From contig JARQWU010000034.1 of assembly GCA_040182905.1 (NCBI GenBank), positions 1 to 58,278 of the forward strand: a stretch of 58,278 bases of DNA. The letters run 5' to 3'. A model generated the notes under the pieces. That model ran no database searches. It worked only from the letters and a program-made list of their open reading frames with translations, and was not told where the DNA came from. The DNA comes from Barthelona sp. PAP020 (lineage: Eukaryota). Positions 23,801-31,300 of this stretch are shown here, in pieces (within the stretch, counting starts at the first letter, position 1; the number at the start of each line of letters is the position of its first letter). Position numbers and translations under genes: made by a program.

Positions 23801-25323
23801 CTTTGAATAAAAGTGTGATAGTTTCTGAAGTAAGAAATCTTGGGCCCATCAACACCAATGACAATTTTAACCTTTGTTTCCATTATGTAGTAATTATTAA
23901 ATGAACAATTGCTGTACATTTCTAATGGACCATTACCTTCAAAGAGAGCTTGACCAAAACTATCAATCACACATGAATCGTTTAACTTTTTTGTTGTTGA
24001 CCCTATTAATCTTAAGGTATTCAATGATTTCAGATGAAGTCCATCAGAAAACATTCCAGCATACCATTTGAACTCTTTTCGAACAACCAAAATAGTATTT
24101 GTGTCTTTCCCACATCCAACAATTTCTCCTCCATTGAAAATGAAGGTGTTCACCAAAATTTCAGCAGAATTCATGATTTGCAAAGCTCCTCCATTCAATT
24201 TTAACAGGTCAAGATTGGTTTCAGTATCATAAACAAACAAGTAGGAATTGACTGCGGTTTCTTCAATAAGTAAAGTTTTAATTTGATCAACTTTTGAACC
24301 AGACATCCATGCCATCCATCCAGCAGTAATGGATAAACCATGTGTCAACGATATTTCCCCTTGAACATAAAAATTTCCCCTATAAATGACATTCAAACAA
24401 TCACCTCCATATGTACAATAAGATGACGAGGCTTTTCCAGCGATTGACTGTATCTTAAATTTGGGATATTGATCTGTTGGTGTTCCTGCAGCTACGGTCT
24501 CATTAATTACTCCATAGATATAAGATGTTCCATGAGCTGCTGTAATTGTTGAATTTGCGGTCATTTCAATGACAGAATTTTCATTTACCATGAAATTTTG
24601 ATCAGCAATCATATGAGAATTATTAAGAATCAAATAACCTTTTCTACCAACAGAACTTTGATAAGCTGCTACCATGTAAATACCTCGATACTTGTAAGTC
24701 AACGTCGAATTTACAACATTACCAACAGAATGAGGAATGCCAGCAGTTGAATTACCCAGTAAAATATCAACATGGGTATATACAGAAAATTTGTTTGAAG
24801 TCTTTGTTTCTTGATTAACAAAGGTGGGAACCGTACGATAAAAAGAAGTGTAAGGATAGGCAGCTTTAGAACCGTCTTGAAGATAATATATCGCACAGTA
24901 AACGGCTGCCTGTCCTTGAACAATACTGTATCCAGGTACGTCACTACCACCAGGACAATGTACCTGGTAATGTTCACCCACATAACAATTCAGATTATAG
25001 TTACTTAAGTCCTGGAATAAACCATTGTAATGAGGTTGAAATGTAATTTTAGAATTTGTAATATCCATATTGCCAAAAGCATTAATGAAACCACCTTGAC
25101 ACCCATACAAGACAAAGTTACCAGTAATATTCAACAAACCATAGGTAAAAACGTTGGCATGTGACAAGACTTTTCTATCATCACCAGAAATGATTGTTTC
25201 TCCCATGACATGAAGTTGTGAGGCAGCAATAGAACCTCCTGTCCAGACCAATTTTTGAATGATTAACTTATCTGATGATTTCAGAATACCGTCACCTGTA
25301 ATTGTAACTTGATTGAGGTTGAC
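5806..25323 (-). CDS. C-terminal ~6,505 aa of a giant surface protein: beta-helix stalk, pectin-lyase/DUF1565-like domain, Pmp-like GGA(I/V) repeats, GCC2/GCC3-type Cys repeats, EGF-like module and ~9-TM C-terminal domain
   Basis: ORF 5806..25380 has no signal peptide. Its first 19 aa look out of frame, and the repeat-like sequence starts at VNLNQVTITGD. Motifs: LxWxGG repeats; GTIKP...LEIFIEDENTHSFIEVQGNAHLNGTANV; YLSPYGVDGMCCGSKGAPCKTL; GGCIHS/FGGAI/NGGAV/FIENVA; CEPCAVGSYS...CLSCDPGSW; CEEGYSGASCDVCQPGYF; several hydrophobic helices with KPF...N near the end. Confidence 0.85.
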   Translation of the reverse strand, partial: VNLNQVTITGDGILKSSDKLIIQKLVWTGGSIAASQLHVMGETIISGDDRKVLSHANVFTYGLLNITGNFVLYGCQGGFINAFGNMDITNSKITFQPHYNGLFQDLSNYNLNCYVGEHYQVHCPGGSDVPGYSIVQGQAAVYCAIYYLQDGSKAAYPYTSFYRTVPTFVNQETKTSNKFSVYTHVDILLGNSTAGIPHSVGNVVNSTLTYKYRGIYMVAAYQSSVGRKGYLILNNSHMIADQNFMVNENSVIEMTANSTITAAHGTSYIYGVINETVAAGTPTDQYPKFKIQSIAGKASSSYCTYGGDCLNVIYRGNFYVQGEISLTHGLSITAGWMAWMSGSKVDQIKTLLIEETAVNSYLFVYDTETNLDLLKLNGGALQIMNSAEILVNTFIFNGGEIVGCGKDTNTILVVRKEFKWYAGMFSDGLHLKSLNTLRLIGSTTKKLNDSCVIDSFGQALFEGNGPLEMYSNCSFNNYYIMETKVKIVIGVDGPKISYFRNYHTFIQSEPCFEFDFDPFYYSHYNSTTHIKFGRFSLKEGANLGGTIIIDPDSEIMIGLKKPYYSTDDIAYVESTPSSNFTVSGTLTVLRFAHLKIGGLFDVGNDLTCSGGKISLLDNSNPVGISNVEINSGTISFYNVIEDINLVNAYVRNGYFNLFTNRNASCVNLTLLEDSYRGGEDILIVTDTLEWYGGGFAMNSITISEHTATVYRSEFSLLGVNAIFINQGQLSFPAVEDEEKNPTLAGVSSFLAAENSTILNDACAELRIFQAVDWVLESNVTNAAYFINKGVVLLSNDMNSYLVMQNEGNISQSGGTLSFKAGGWSSGLIEFTNSVEFIIDYDFYFNHTSIFDTTQDGVVISFYENGLLHMHGTWMFTNPRLINRKSDSDYLSEGFGEGFGDVTAGTGACIVYSDAVFTSAASIIVAGPNLTFYERESAIYFDTLYLDSGFVVIDSNFETYVNILTVSGGYKTGKDDLIVLEQLLWSSGGFYGGNTISKTYMYFYDPIMEELPDIPWLWPTLNLKIYNNATIINEGFCETKGTDIFIRADPESKFLNKGEMALFSGTNWRLHFGVELENTTYYEYENFTLDGSTNMPILQNTGNLTLTEDIGLITSWRLNLLSGDFYANGLNLTISKGDMATNGSLHVKNKLIFASDYLFDVDSSLYGHNVFVEFSDNNTVVFAGHYCITGDESVLRGKGNVIFLPSVTFCDGAVINVCGMNVTASGSDDEILFLEKLRLECGSCRVGPDTIEVGSLEVIDGCLAGNGTTIVLDEGFASSVDTDFIIEDNHNLTLIGKMKLEENVHLIGDGTSSLTIRENAEMKLCGGSWLQSLNENDTFTVINEGVLSKSLDCESDELAIVETNLFTYETGWINIANGKLRLNNYEEIFLGSLQIGKKGIIEVTSESSLSGNGITQSNFLVDCGGLLSLTDGSIFTLNRITVFINTTCESESESVFNIKNGELIFVNKTSFNGFNVKIFDEGSLTLEDTIGNNTLGTVIIDDGILAVNDGFNYTIKELFLGNEETGGNVDIVGDNSVLYVQSGEFYNYTFNLPKLVIDDVKLLEIKAELANGKEIKHEYNVNELDIEDLTIEIEEIINFFDADVFIKHGGLMKLSADVIFLDTNATFTLHENSHISQDNGINNIIPYAVIIDNGTITALGNLHLNNSVNIVQNGKVVTNSIVYMQNVNANSTTLSVSAGLIQISGNGTFNSSLFEGSCITFVDANYTITKSHFTYPKEMVFCSIIDSNVTFIDIESNINFNQVTGSKIHFVDVISDDFIGNFDDSVFICNDSAININNFTASNNVTIYLDDNSSLRQCSHFLLYDSILIGDFSNNAQIMFSEACFVRLEDSYVDVSTALFDQTNITMIDSAFISKNNEIQHVNHLILKDNSVFSVQNISLDIVELSSGNFTNTIDTSVIYIDYLRLIDDYPKHFVDNVSVNILKKVEWEDGDVYGDSDVDFVVCEDATFIISAVNHTFVNSDPVNHANLTINGTVTINTTSIVTFDWDNYFNNELTLSPDSFLYIGGDSICYNANIIVEETSTLYLINGTFYGTNSCSISGPGSFGVIESDAEGIYRGYLSLTSSTFVKDGVLDLCGANIGFMNLSWTGGEVKFCDSEGLDLFISVVENDHLNLTNHNVYRNVTIVHDIGDRVSFGPCEFDHLQIFHQYEPGITEFLKDGDTGKTYLYDVQGGETYFRTDSTVDLQQLVITGGYVEFESDNNVTMNTCPVIRSGVLYITNEGSIEWPNLECFYVLGDGEFWINTAFGNVSIKNITIEDVGLVVSQPEEAYSHLVLTNLTWIGGGFGSNTNVSIDTYSVYKGCDSKVIGNNSIVTVEDPIEIYGCNGCSDGCGSLEMKNNAVFRFIQNNPVTIMPTDGPLYWGKEKYNLTDNSPKIIFEPSSKLTINNDVYVSLPVEQKTGSNVTILGDNTLYITGDYVIEEGAVLHLEPNSRVVVNGTLTVYGRIEGDGEIDVIEEGKVNLLNESGPGIKYNVKDGEFEVYDTAHLEQLNVLVDQGNATIDGLVDEAFISIVGPGSIEITGTQLDIREFQTSNDNARVTFANDSQITFEPDITLGIDGGHVLFDKTSSINTESCINMEITKGEVEITTATLSPICKMSIEGGGLNVNSRSEDMKIYEVLLDKGYIIGDTQIKVTKHFNFSEGLINGTYYNAEKPLIYVKKEYSEDKDSVLSFVGSGDKNIDCIIQSDDNSVFENGYVRLLDDGYLYLNENVLVDSGSQTMEILQIYDTIPRFNLTNVKMNVIDSSNFMYNTTTYFTDVDLSVIDSKMKSEGETNFQNSNIHLVNSSTLSEFYTIGKTFVDKESVIDGSGVFTTAGDGHTSISSIVNINSTGAIWSSENAYVNLTSDCVGVKVPILSDSVVDIIGSSIELCNLTARDNGIIEIKESATMSKVDYISAKQGGDIHFLSDVSFVNLNDTIVRVENVDSTFITEYTDKISTCNTTFIVQMGEIILNHNSTCNIHSFNVLDDGYLYTNLERSVDDVIIDSGGCLTSKLTDLSAPLNVSNSFLFKEGVIDGMNINIEDTAFGNVYSMADKIIVNSELHNYGDLVFNDSAIVVGKNMNLTQHLTSTLIIEDASKLIADVDSINMIENLDDSTTLLNTSSIDWNIHDQHRIANICNVVINGEYISDANMTLIEGCFAKVSETGNLTVTEEGTLMGSGAITVVGVATFNPKYMNLCGEIYAMVDETNTVFGDVYLPDGAGELINVTIVGAGGNFHIDRYIQEIGIGTNHSASKIEWSNPTEQTPHLHTLWSSDGEIVIAEGEFNLANAQIRCSENGLIDFENTTILPSTVYFDIEGGLVYFKNTTDDSYLIEDCYINLSDGELRYDGDEIMNCTSININGGNRTGTGNINTDMLTFTEGGLVGKGITEVLENISIQGCSESKPCYIFDGHKLASYGNFTIDGGIINVGDNVIIDNKPQANLTFITGQINPALSVTESTMPTLLNEGNFTKLGDQIFELLISLNNIQNASVCIEKGGLKVGTNSFSDGNIMLSNDTIFNIVGNFEFSDDSVVTGENSSSIVIDDDLSDVVLGGDFDFDGSVNISKGILKVSDTANILNMELLSNGGETVFQKDSVVPYLEVEMNNGTLRFEDGSVIQKINDLEVFNGSVIFETGSDVDLSNLNLTIHNGSVIVQDDVRAYFDDLYVKMIDGRFEIGENGASIFNASKLDLIDGVMAFNTSSLIMYVDDLNIVDAELAHNTTMFADYATLTNGSLTQDGLTVVKSGIVDGNFEVISPHRLNISNDVTLDGSITLGCSSVLTIDKESVLNLTSGTPFRSSDDSCVPTVLNYGTIQKVGEDPVFIDVLIKNMPSGAFNITDGDVNIGYNNEHAYLVNNGSLQVDSTMNINTTVNLLDGELVGDGNITLTNNNSLLFVSQYVNYVGDINVDKGKLIFNGDGCKVENVTVISKSYVLGDLCIFEHLFMDVNNGNTTFNNVTVKDFDSLVVKNESHFEMTDETTIFDWDVLNVENSTLSVDNSKINMTNTCIEVNDTSYVLFDNATLNFSDVNLTMSENSSFIVLTDDSFVDILFEDLLIDSSTLIFDADLNNLTSLNYRIDGSQIIHDTLLTLTNGSISSSTLNGTAETEIINGDISSLTLGSNHTLKIINSSVIHDNIYFNNSTLLFENGSNNHVQDAFTINDEGDILNNDVLVCGDVYVVNTLYIDVNTYICPETQLNGKDIYVGTNYNITLLSDGYVNLTDISIDSIAKFVEGNVTSESMHTTCDLSYVEFQNVVDLGHLYVDFGIANFTNNATVQHINLDVQSFVNIEDSIVENFESINIDNGLIKSNNSTFKNVTTLMMKDNSTFILTNTNIEQIDCINLLDSFFNDDSDMLNGTDSSIQLDNSSFVSTNVIFTDSHVIVQNDSILTLVNASQFDLNDFILIDSEFTYHGDVNMTSDSLSATNSNITHNSTWRIDKSSIDKTEFNDAGITYLNDSIIGSVVVNEPHQLIFNNATLKESLIIDCSVILLIEEGSMLSLEEGSKMISSSNDCVGKIYNEGELRTIPSENVTNVDVAPIIGVELYNNKTGLIHLNGSDLTIGHSIISEGTTIVQGFFDSQGTLKNSNVSVDCRPISVELGENEETCNPSYTFTNKLNLLSNNSIFEPESVTSNVTIVSSAFTKMNGNIDQVNILNFDDMVINGTTNYLDITNKIDQTVIPRLNIIGNATTMFICNVGGNVTIAGRIDDLTIENKEGNTIVNESAKLDVLQVSNTGDQFELNTNTNNTYFHCLDSNNKIQSSSVHLNVTIYSENSCILFIDNTTIEHVDSATIISSIVNITKNSSVDFSKSKGVEAISTTHLAYLRIESDNSMNISKLSGEFAFVYTNVSDLFIGDIDNRMYFFGMGDNVAIEHVESSNVAFVFNNDTDVDFNNLTVCSTCLKAKNASIEALNFFKNEEFSFKSPFELPQSNNFNSFKAGEEEKEEVTVDDIILNELSELNLNSHLNAMDNCMASLTHINADDGFGVISDSNIVINDIAPFEDLCNVYLDDNVNLTIPVMNLIGHNLNFAHNVFDETETVNVLPVLQTNNITVNNSRVIGYEVDMRTDNVDIYEDSYFVIDSLDLGHNFTLHNNTSIGGVSNNWILEKKNILQGEGVWKSDLYVQGTIKPTIEAGRKLVFFNNLTLTNKAILEIFIEDENTHSFIEVQGNAHLNGTANVDFTPTDEISKGTVYNIFQVVGNVSGGFSITPTACGSNMDWIEGEMSTEIDTSIGEDAYLGTNSGNKQLMNIATYDYVVEDSIVLDLGNEGYLSPYGVDGMCCGSKGAPCKTLKYLLSRVERDSTVNLLPGIYNTSYTPLTLPLNRKININGIEMVDMIEEDYTSETENAVFDCNNSGDAIVIESAFDVVLSNFTINNCERGLVIHSSDINVSNVTLNNLTVNALESSFSTLQADLLNISNSSGISSVGSELVIDNLSSNYTYGNLFKLVNSVAKLNNVTFEQAVSNVPVFNCRYSKTNLTNVTMPIKSNIDTFVNCFSSSLSLNNIDFNISEMKKGIAAVSSKIAVENVNVSDAFMDSFIDMIKSSVDIDGLNIENINSTSDTPLVSVTDNSNLNMTNFNVKNLTSSSIVPLLDTKNSVVDLENIQIEDVQSSQNYSMLTPVRLVNTDVLMNNMTIKNVIGNVTGGLFSVDSNLVVNNSSFEYLHSEMAPGGCIHSDSQSKLNVSNSIFDTCSSKLFGGAIASSEIVSLTNNSFSQCEAGLNGGAVSILHKNSTCLDSKNHEYVCTSDEDFIEEYTDDLRSEEGPNVNNNIFIENVAPIGAGLFSNALNLSSIINNSFIDNVASNYGSNMTSDPRALHAEVSSKLDTNAIDLLYAFDLTVVDGFDKPIEDPTIRTVYGSPNTDNFAVKGEMMTQTSNGFAQISNIQLIGSPNTYTVKLSSPRLMSTYVDLIILVCEAGYGVLNGKCEPCAVGSYSPLPSAGACLSCDPGSWTETEGSKTCGLCRVGTFRNEDMTNGCERCPITSIADERGLTKCELCGENQRANEERTECQCYGNLYPLDNGECVPCPTGMYCYGGNNTCIKEGYFMNEAGVIVACVSLGCKGTCNNQTLQYGSCEEGYSGASCDVCQPGYFKSLPVCLECLPTPILLAIIALISVVQCIVLYIIGKDTLWNFSALSIYLPLIRTLQIFGSLHRTMPVHLPPTLQIFFICCDLLTLDIGKGQLLECVHPFFGTPEYRLIATAVSMLLLTVGSFIVFLKQKTDPKLSKQSRALRYLIASLLLLQTPLLHSAFEPFGLLSVGSNTVMQTYPNYLAFESEHLRLLGVGAFIIATFIGIELFLKKYHPMELTSIERDFQKETGDLLKPIETFYSHTREKSVDSELVSLTYQALLGGGLFILCANPLVQSLGGMVIAGFMMAYHGYKKPFKNERDNNFKSIYLVTTIMILAYWSFCRIDPDTITSHASTVNLGYLVIGAVCIMLLFGCVYGIKAMMQRSISGLTTKDQFRNNNMLQHNRIRNPLVKATGDANNGMNDYSIGHEMLQFQSSSTDDSV
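22627..22650. repeat. Perfect 12-bp tandem duplication (accaaatccttc x2) inside the giant gene, encoding EGFG-EGFG
   Basis: Directly visible in the sequence; it keeps the reading frame. Confidence 0.85.
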
Positions 25324-28300
25324 CCGTTTCAATGACCAAATATCCTTTTTCAACTCTGACTTCATCATAATTGGCAACATCTGCTACTGAGTTGAAGAGA
25401 TTAATACCACCCTTAATTTCCAATATTTCCAATGTCAATTCTTCTTGAATTTCATTCATCAAAAATTGCCCACTGCCACTGGTTTGTACGTTAGTAAATA
25501 AAATAGGTCCATCAAAAGAATTGACTCTATCAAAGAACAAAGTTCCTGAAGAGATTTCAGCAGCATTAAGATTAGTGGTTGCTTCAACTAAATATACACT
25601 ACATTCACTGCAATCAACGCTTTGAACCCACAAAGGATCAATCCAAAGAACACCTTCTATAACACTCTTAGAATTATAATAAGGATGGAATGTGGCATTT
25701 GAACCAATAACTTTAGCAGTAGAACTGAAATAAATGTTTGTCGATATTGAATAATCATTGTCACCCCGTTCATAGCTTAATAATTTTGTATATTTTTTGG
25801 AAGAATAAGACCCTGCTGGTTGAGAGACCAAATAAATCTCAGACTTCGTTGTGTTGCTAAAAAGAATTGTTCCATCATATTGACCTGAACCCAAATGAAG
25901 ATTCAAACCTTCAGCAACTGTAACAACTGATGATTCAGTGAAGTTATTATTACAGTAAAACAGAACTCTTTCATTTACAAAAGCTTCTTCCAAAATATGG
26001 ACAAAACCATAACCAACAAAATAAGTTCTCGCATCGAAATTTGTTGTGTTTAAATATAAGTCTCCAAGCACTTCAAGAGTTGTGTTACGTAAGACATCAA
26101 CTTTATCACCATAAACAGCACCATTGATGTGCAAATTAACGATTGGATCAGTTTGATCAATCATGAGATAAGCACAGTGCAATTTAATGTTAGTATCGAT
26201 AATACCACCGTATAGATAACATTCGTTAAAATAAATATGGTCAGTACCTGTTATTATACCTGCATACAATTGTAAGACATCGATTTCAACCCTATTTTCA
26301 GTACGAAAAGTGATAATACTGGATTCATGATTCATGATCAATCGTTCGTTTTTGAAAACAACTTCATAGGTTGCATAAAACAAAATATGCCCTGAAGTAT
26401 CCATTGTAATGGGAGTAAGTTCAACCTTTTGATCTGTAGGATTTTCAAAGTAAAGTTGACAATTTTCACTCACATCATAATTGGTGAAATTCAAAAGATT
26501 CTTCATATTGATGAACTTTAATACACTGGAACCACTACACTGTGGATAAGTCACAAATTGTTCAGGTAATATACCTGTTCCATCCAAAGTATTGTTTGAA
26601 GCATCAATGTAAGCCAAAGAATCATCGACAATAACTTCAAGAACTTCATGAGTTGAATTCCCATACATATAAAAATATCCTTGATTATATACTTCAATTT
26701 TTTCCAATTCATACCTACCATAAACATGTAAACCTTTTGAACTGGATTTAATATGATCATTAATGATAGCTCTTGAAGATCGAGGACCAAAAGTACAATT
26801 TGGCATGATACTAGACTTTGCTGTTTTGAATATGAATTTTTGAGATTCACCGTGATATAGTTTTCCATAAAATTCGCATGTTCCTGAAAACGTCATATCT
26901 TTTTCTTTAATTTCAAAGGCTTCATAACTGAACAATTTCCACTCCCATGAAAAACCTTGAGTAACATTGATTAAATTCCAAGAACTGAAAGTCATTGTGG
27001 TTCCCTTAAAATACGGTTGTTTCCAAGTTTCAAAAACTGAACCATCAGGTTGATAGAGCTCAGAATGAATACCATAAAAAGTACAACTTTCTTCCACAAT
27101 ACCATGCTTAAATTCATATATTTGTGAATATTGTAAATTATGTGTTTCAGTGGTTCTAATAATGAAATAGTTATCTATATTGATAGGTATACCATTGATA
27201 ATACCTTTATACCAATAGAAATCTCCAATATGTAAATGATCTGAACCAATAATTGAACCATCTATCATAAACAATGTATCTAATCGAACAGTTTCATTAG
27301 AAAGTAAATAAACTGTTGAACCATCCAAAGAAAAGTTTCCAAACTTTTGAGAATAATCGAAATATTTCAAAGAAAGGGTACCTTTATCCCAAATAGTGTC
27401 ATAAGGTAAAGAAATGTTTGAATAAATATCAACAAACATCAATAGACTTGTACTATACATCAAAACAGGCTGAGTGGTGAAAGTAACATAATTTGCTTGA
27501 GAAAGAGTCAGATTCGTATCAAATTGCATGAAATCAAAGGTAGCATCAACGACTCCTTCAATAAATATTTTTTTATGAGCTACTGTTTCATGGAAATAAA
27601 GAGTCCCAATAGTGTTACCAAAAATATTACCAGAAGCATCAAGATAATTGATGAAAATATAATCAAGTCCAACAAATTTGAAAGTGGAAGCACTATTGAT
27701 TGAAATATAATTAATAGTTACGTTATTGCCTTCACTAAAATACAGATACGAATTAGTGACGACTATTTTATTGATCGTCAAATTACACAATCCATAGATA
27801 TATAAAGAGGCTGAATCAACAATGATATTATCAAAATCTGTATTCAATGTACTATTATGCTCACAATTTGCATAAAATTTGACAATACTTTGTTTGACAG
27901 TAATGTTAGTTAAATCAAATCTTGATTGTTCCCAAAATTCAAGAGTTCCAGGCGTATCAAAAATCAAATTTCTACTTGAATCAAACAATCCATTGAAATA
28001 TATCTGTCCTTGATCAGTGATAAATGGTCGATCTACGTAATAGTCATCCAACATACTCAAGGTTGATGATTCATTGAACTTCATGAAAACTTTACTACCA
28101 ATTAAACCAATATATGTGTCAAGTCCTAACACCACATCACCCCAAAATAATGCATGAGAGTACTCATAGAATTGTACTTTTCCTGATGCAATATAAGTAT
28201 GGTTGTAACAATGGTAATAAGGTAAAAACTTTATCACCCAATCCGACGACATCAAAAAAGTTGTATTTCCTTCATTGTTATACAAAGGTACTGATTTTCT

Positions 28301-31300
28301 TGACGCATTCGTGTCCAAAAAGTTAATACCAATATCGTGATAAATTAGATTATTGTAGTTGTTTACTACATTATCTCCACCCCAATAGATACCAAATGAT
28401 TCCTGAAAAGATGGATCACCATAAATCATGCTGCCATAATTATCGATGTGGAAACCTGTTCCCAAGATCAGGTACCCATATATGAGTTCAGAATGATTCA
28501 ACATTTTGATGCTTGTTCCTTGTCCAACAAAATATCCATAGAAGTTGTTGACTCTTAATGGACTATTATCTGCCACAAATAAGGATTCTTTAGCATCAAT
28601 GGTATTGAATAGAACATCTTTGTCAGAATCAAATTTTACTCTCGTAATAGCGTAGTTTGACACATTTAAATGAGTGATCAAAGCATAAGAATTCTCTATT
28701 ATCAATGAACTGCAGTTCGAACATAATTCATGTACCAATAGATCATGATTTAAATTTCTGAATGCGACTTTAGCCCGCTCTAACCTCAATTCACTTGCCA
28801 ATAATCTACCGTTATCAAACACTTCTATTGAAGCTTCAATAACTTCAACAATACCAGTAACATTCACATTTCCATATACATCCATCTTTGATAATCCAGT
28901 TAGTTGTAATGAATAAGGTAAGTTAAAAGTATAACCCTCCAAAATCAATACATATGAACGTTTATATTTAAAAAATGAATTTTGTTCAACATATATGACA
29001 CCACCATGAGTATATTCACCGTTAAACTGTAAATTTGCATTTAAATAGAATTCACTCCAATTTTCAATGGCAATATCAGTAGTAACATTACTGTTAATGT
29101 ATAAACTACCATAATTCTTGATACCACCACGATAATATGAAGATAAGAAATTATGGTAGGGCATAGGATGTGAGGGATGATTACAATACATCAAACAATC
29201 TGAAAGAACAGTCATGTTAGCATTTTCAGCAATGTGGATAAATCCTGCTTCAACCATATAAGTACCATTCAACCATTCAAATGATTCATCAACATGAACT
29301 GTTGTGTTAGCAGACAAAATCATTTTCATTTTTTCAACTCCAATTGAATATCCATTCGTGAAATGGAAATAACTTCCTCGACTGACAGCACCACCTTCCC
29401 AAATGAATTTCTTAACATTCCCTTGAATCCAATCTCCTTCAATCTGTGAACCGTTCAAATATAATTCATCAATTGTAAATGTCGTTTCATCTTCATTATA
29501 AAGACAATTAATTGAGTTATAATAAGGTGGTAATTCATATCCCAACACATAAAATGTCTTGAAATAAGAATTTTGAGCTTCAAACGTGAAATTTGCTTCA
29601 AATGTAACAAAATAATCAAACAATATTTGAGTGTTAGATACAATAAATTCTGATTGGTTCAAGGTTAATTTATCAATTTTTAAAGGATTGACAATAGAAT
29701 CAAAAGCATAACTTTGATTCATGAAGATATCATCAGAAACAAACACGACATTTTGCATTGAATCAAAAGATATGGTACTATTATATCCTTGTACAGGTTC
29801 TAGATAAAAGTTTTTAACATATCTCTCAATCATTATCAAACTCCTAACAATATGAGACTCTCTACCAAGTTTCTGAGATTTACTACTCTTGTTTAAATAT
29901 AAATTTGAATCAACACTTTTAATAATCTCAATATTCCAATCATGATCATCACGACAATCAAATCGTTCACATTCATATAATTCAATTGTTTTCGATTCAA
30001 CAAAAAAAGCATCTGCAAAAGTCACATGTGCAGGTCCATTACAAACAACTCTACCATGAGAAACAAAATCTTTCAAAATATTAGTATATCCGTTAGTAAA
30101 AAAGATATCTCCTTCTAAATATAATGAATTGCTAAATTTAACACCTTTTTCAGTAAAAAATGAAAAATCTTTGGAAATATTCACTTTTCCATTGAAAAAT
30201 ACAGAACTATCAAATAATATCATTGATTGAGTATAATTATTGAATAGATTATAGTATTTTAGAGTATTAAACATTGGATTAACTGTTAATTCGTAATCAA
30301 TTTGACTAATTCCAGTAAAACTACCATAAAATTCTAACAATGCATCTATTTGCTCTTCAAACGTATAATCAACTTCAGATGTAATATTCATATGTCCTAA
30401 AACATAGGTTTCACCATATACATTCAATTTAACAGTATTGCTAAGATCCAAAGTACCATTATGAAAGTAATTGATGCCATAAATATTTAATATTCCTCCC
30501 AAAAAGAACATAGGTTGAACATTTGATCCAATAAAATAACTTACAGCACCTTCAATCACATTAATAGTAGAAATTGTTATATTACCAGATATAAACACAA
30601 AATTACCGGTGACTTTAATTGTATCATTACAAATAAATTGTATATCACCACTCAAAATCAAGTCTTGTATGGTAACATCGTTTCCTGAATCAATTGTAAC
30701 CATACCACCCCTCAAATCAAAGATAGTGAATTCATAGGGTTCATCCGTAGGTCCAAACATTAATTCACCAGATTTCATAACCAGTCCGTTGATCTTCACT
30801 GGATAATTCATATCTGAAAATTCTGCATCTCCACCATCTATTTCAAGGTATTGAATCACAATTGGCTTTTGAATGCCATCAAATACGACTTTACCAGCAA
30901 AAACACTAACTCTTTCAAGAACCCATATTTGATCAATGGGTGAAGATTGAAAGATAGTTAAACCATCATAAACAGTTACTTCAGTGATATTGAAAGTTGA
31001 TCCAGGTAAAAAATGTGCTGTACCACCCCAAGATTGAAAGGCATTCCCTAATTCATATGATCCTTGAAATCTTAAATATCCAGGGTATCGAACTGTAAAA
31101 ATAGAACCATTACCAACAATTCTACATTCTGGTAATAAAATTGCTGATCCTTGAATAATAACGGTACTTGGTAATTCTGTTCCATTTGTAGTATCACTCA
31201 AAATCAAATCGTTTGCTAGTATCAATGGCCCACCTAAGGCTAAGGTTGCACCAGGTTTCACAATCAATCTTCCACCAACAGAAACGTTCCATTGAATAGT

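Noticed and set aside
6533..25008. Many 60-160 aa ORFs on the + strand and in alternate minus-strand frames inside the giant gene (similarly inside 47282-55882)
   Set aside because: They are antisense or out-of-frame shadows caused by the host gene's codon bias. Many start at non-ATG codons and none has recognisable motifs.
25324..25380. ATG at 25380 (MLPIMMKSELKK...) as an independent start for the 6524-aa ORF
   Set aside because: There is no signal peptide for a clearly extracellular protein and no intergenic or promoter space. The overlapping upstream frame fits the repeat consensus over these bases.
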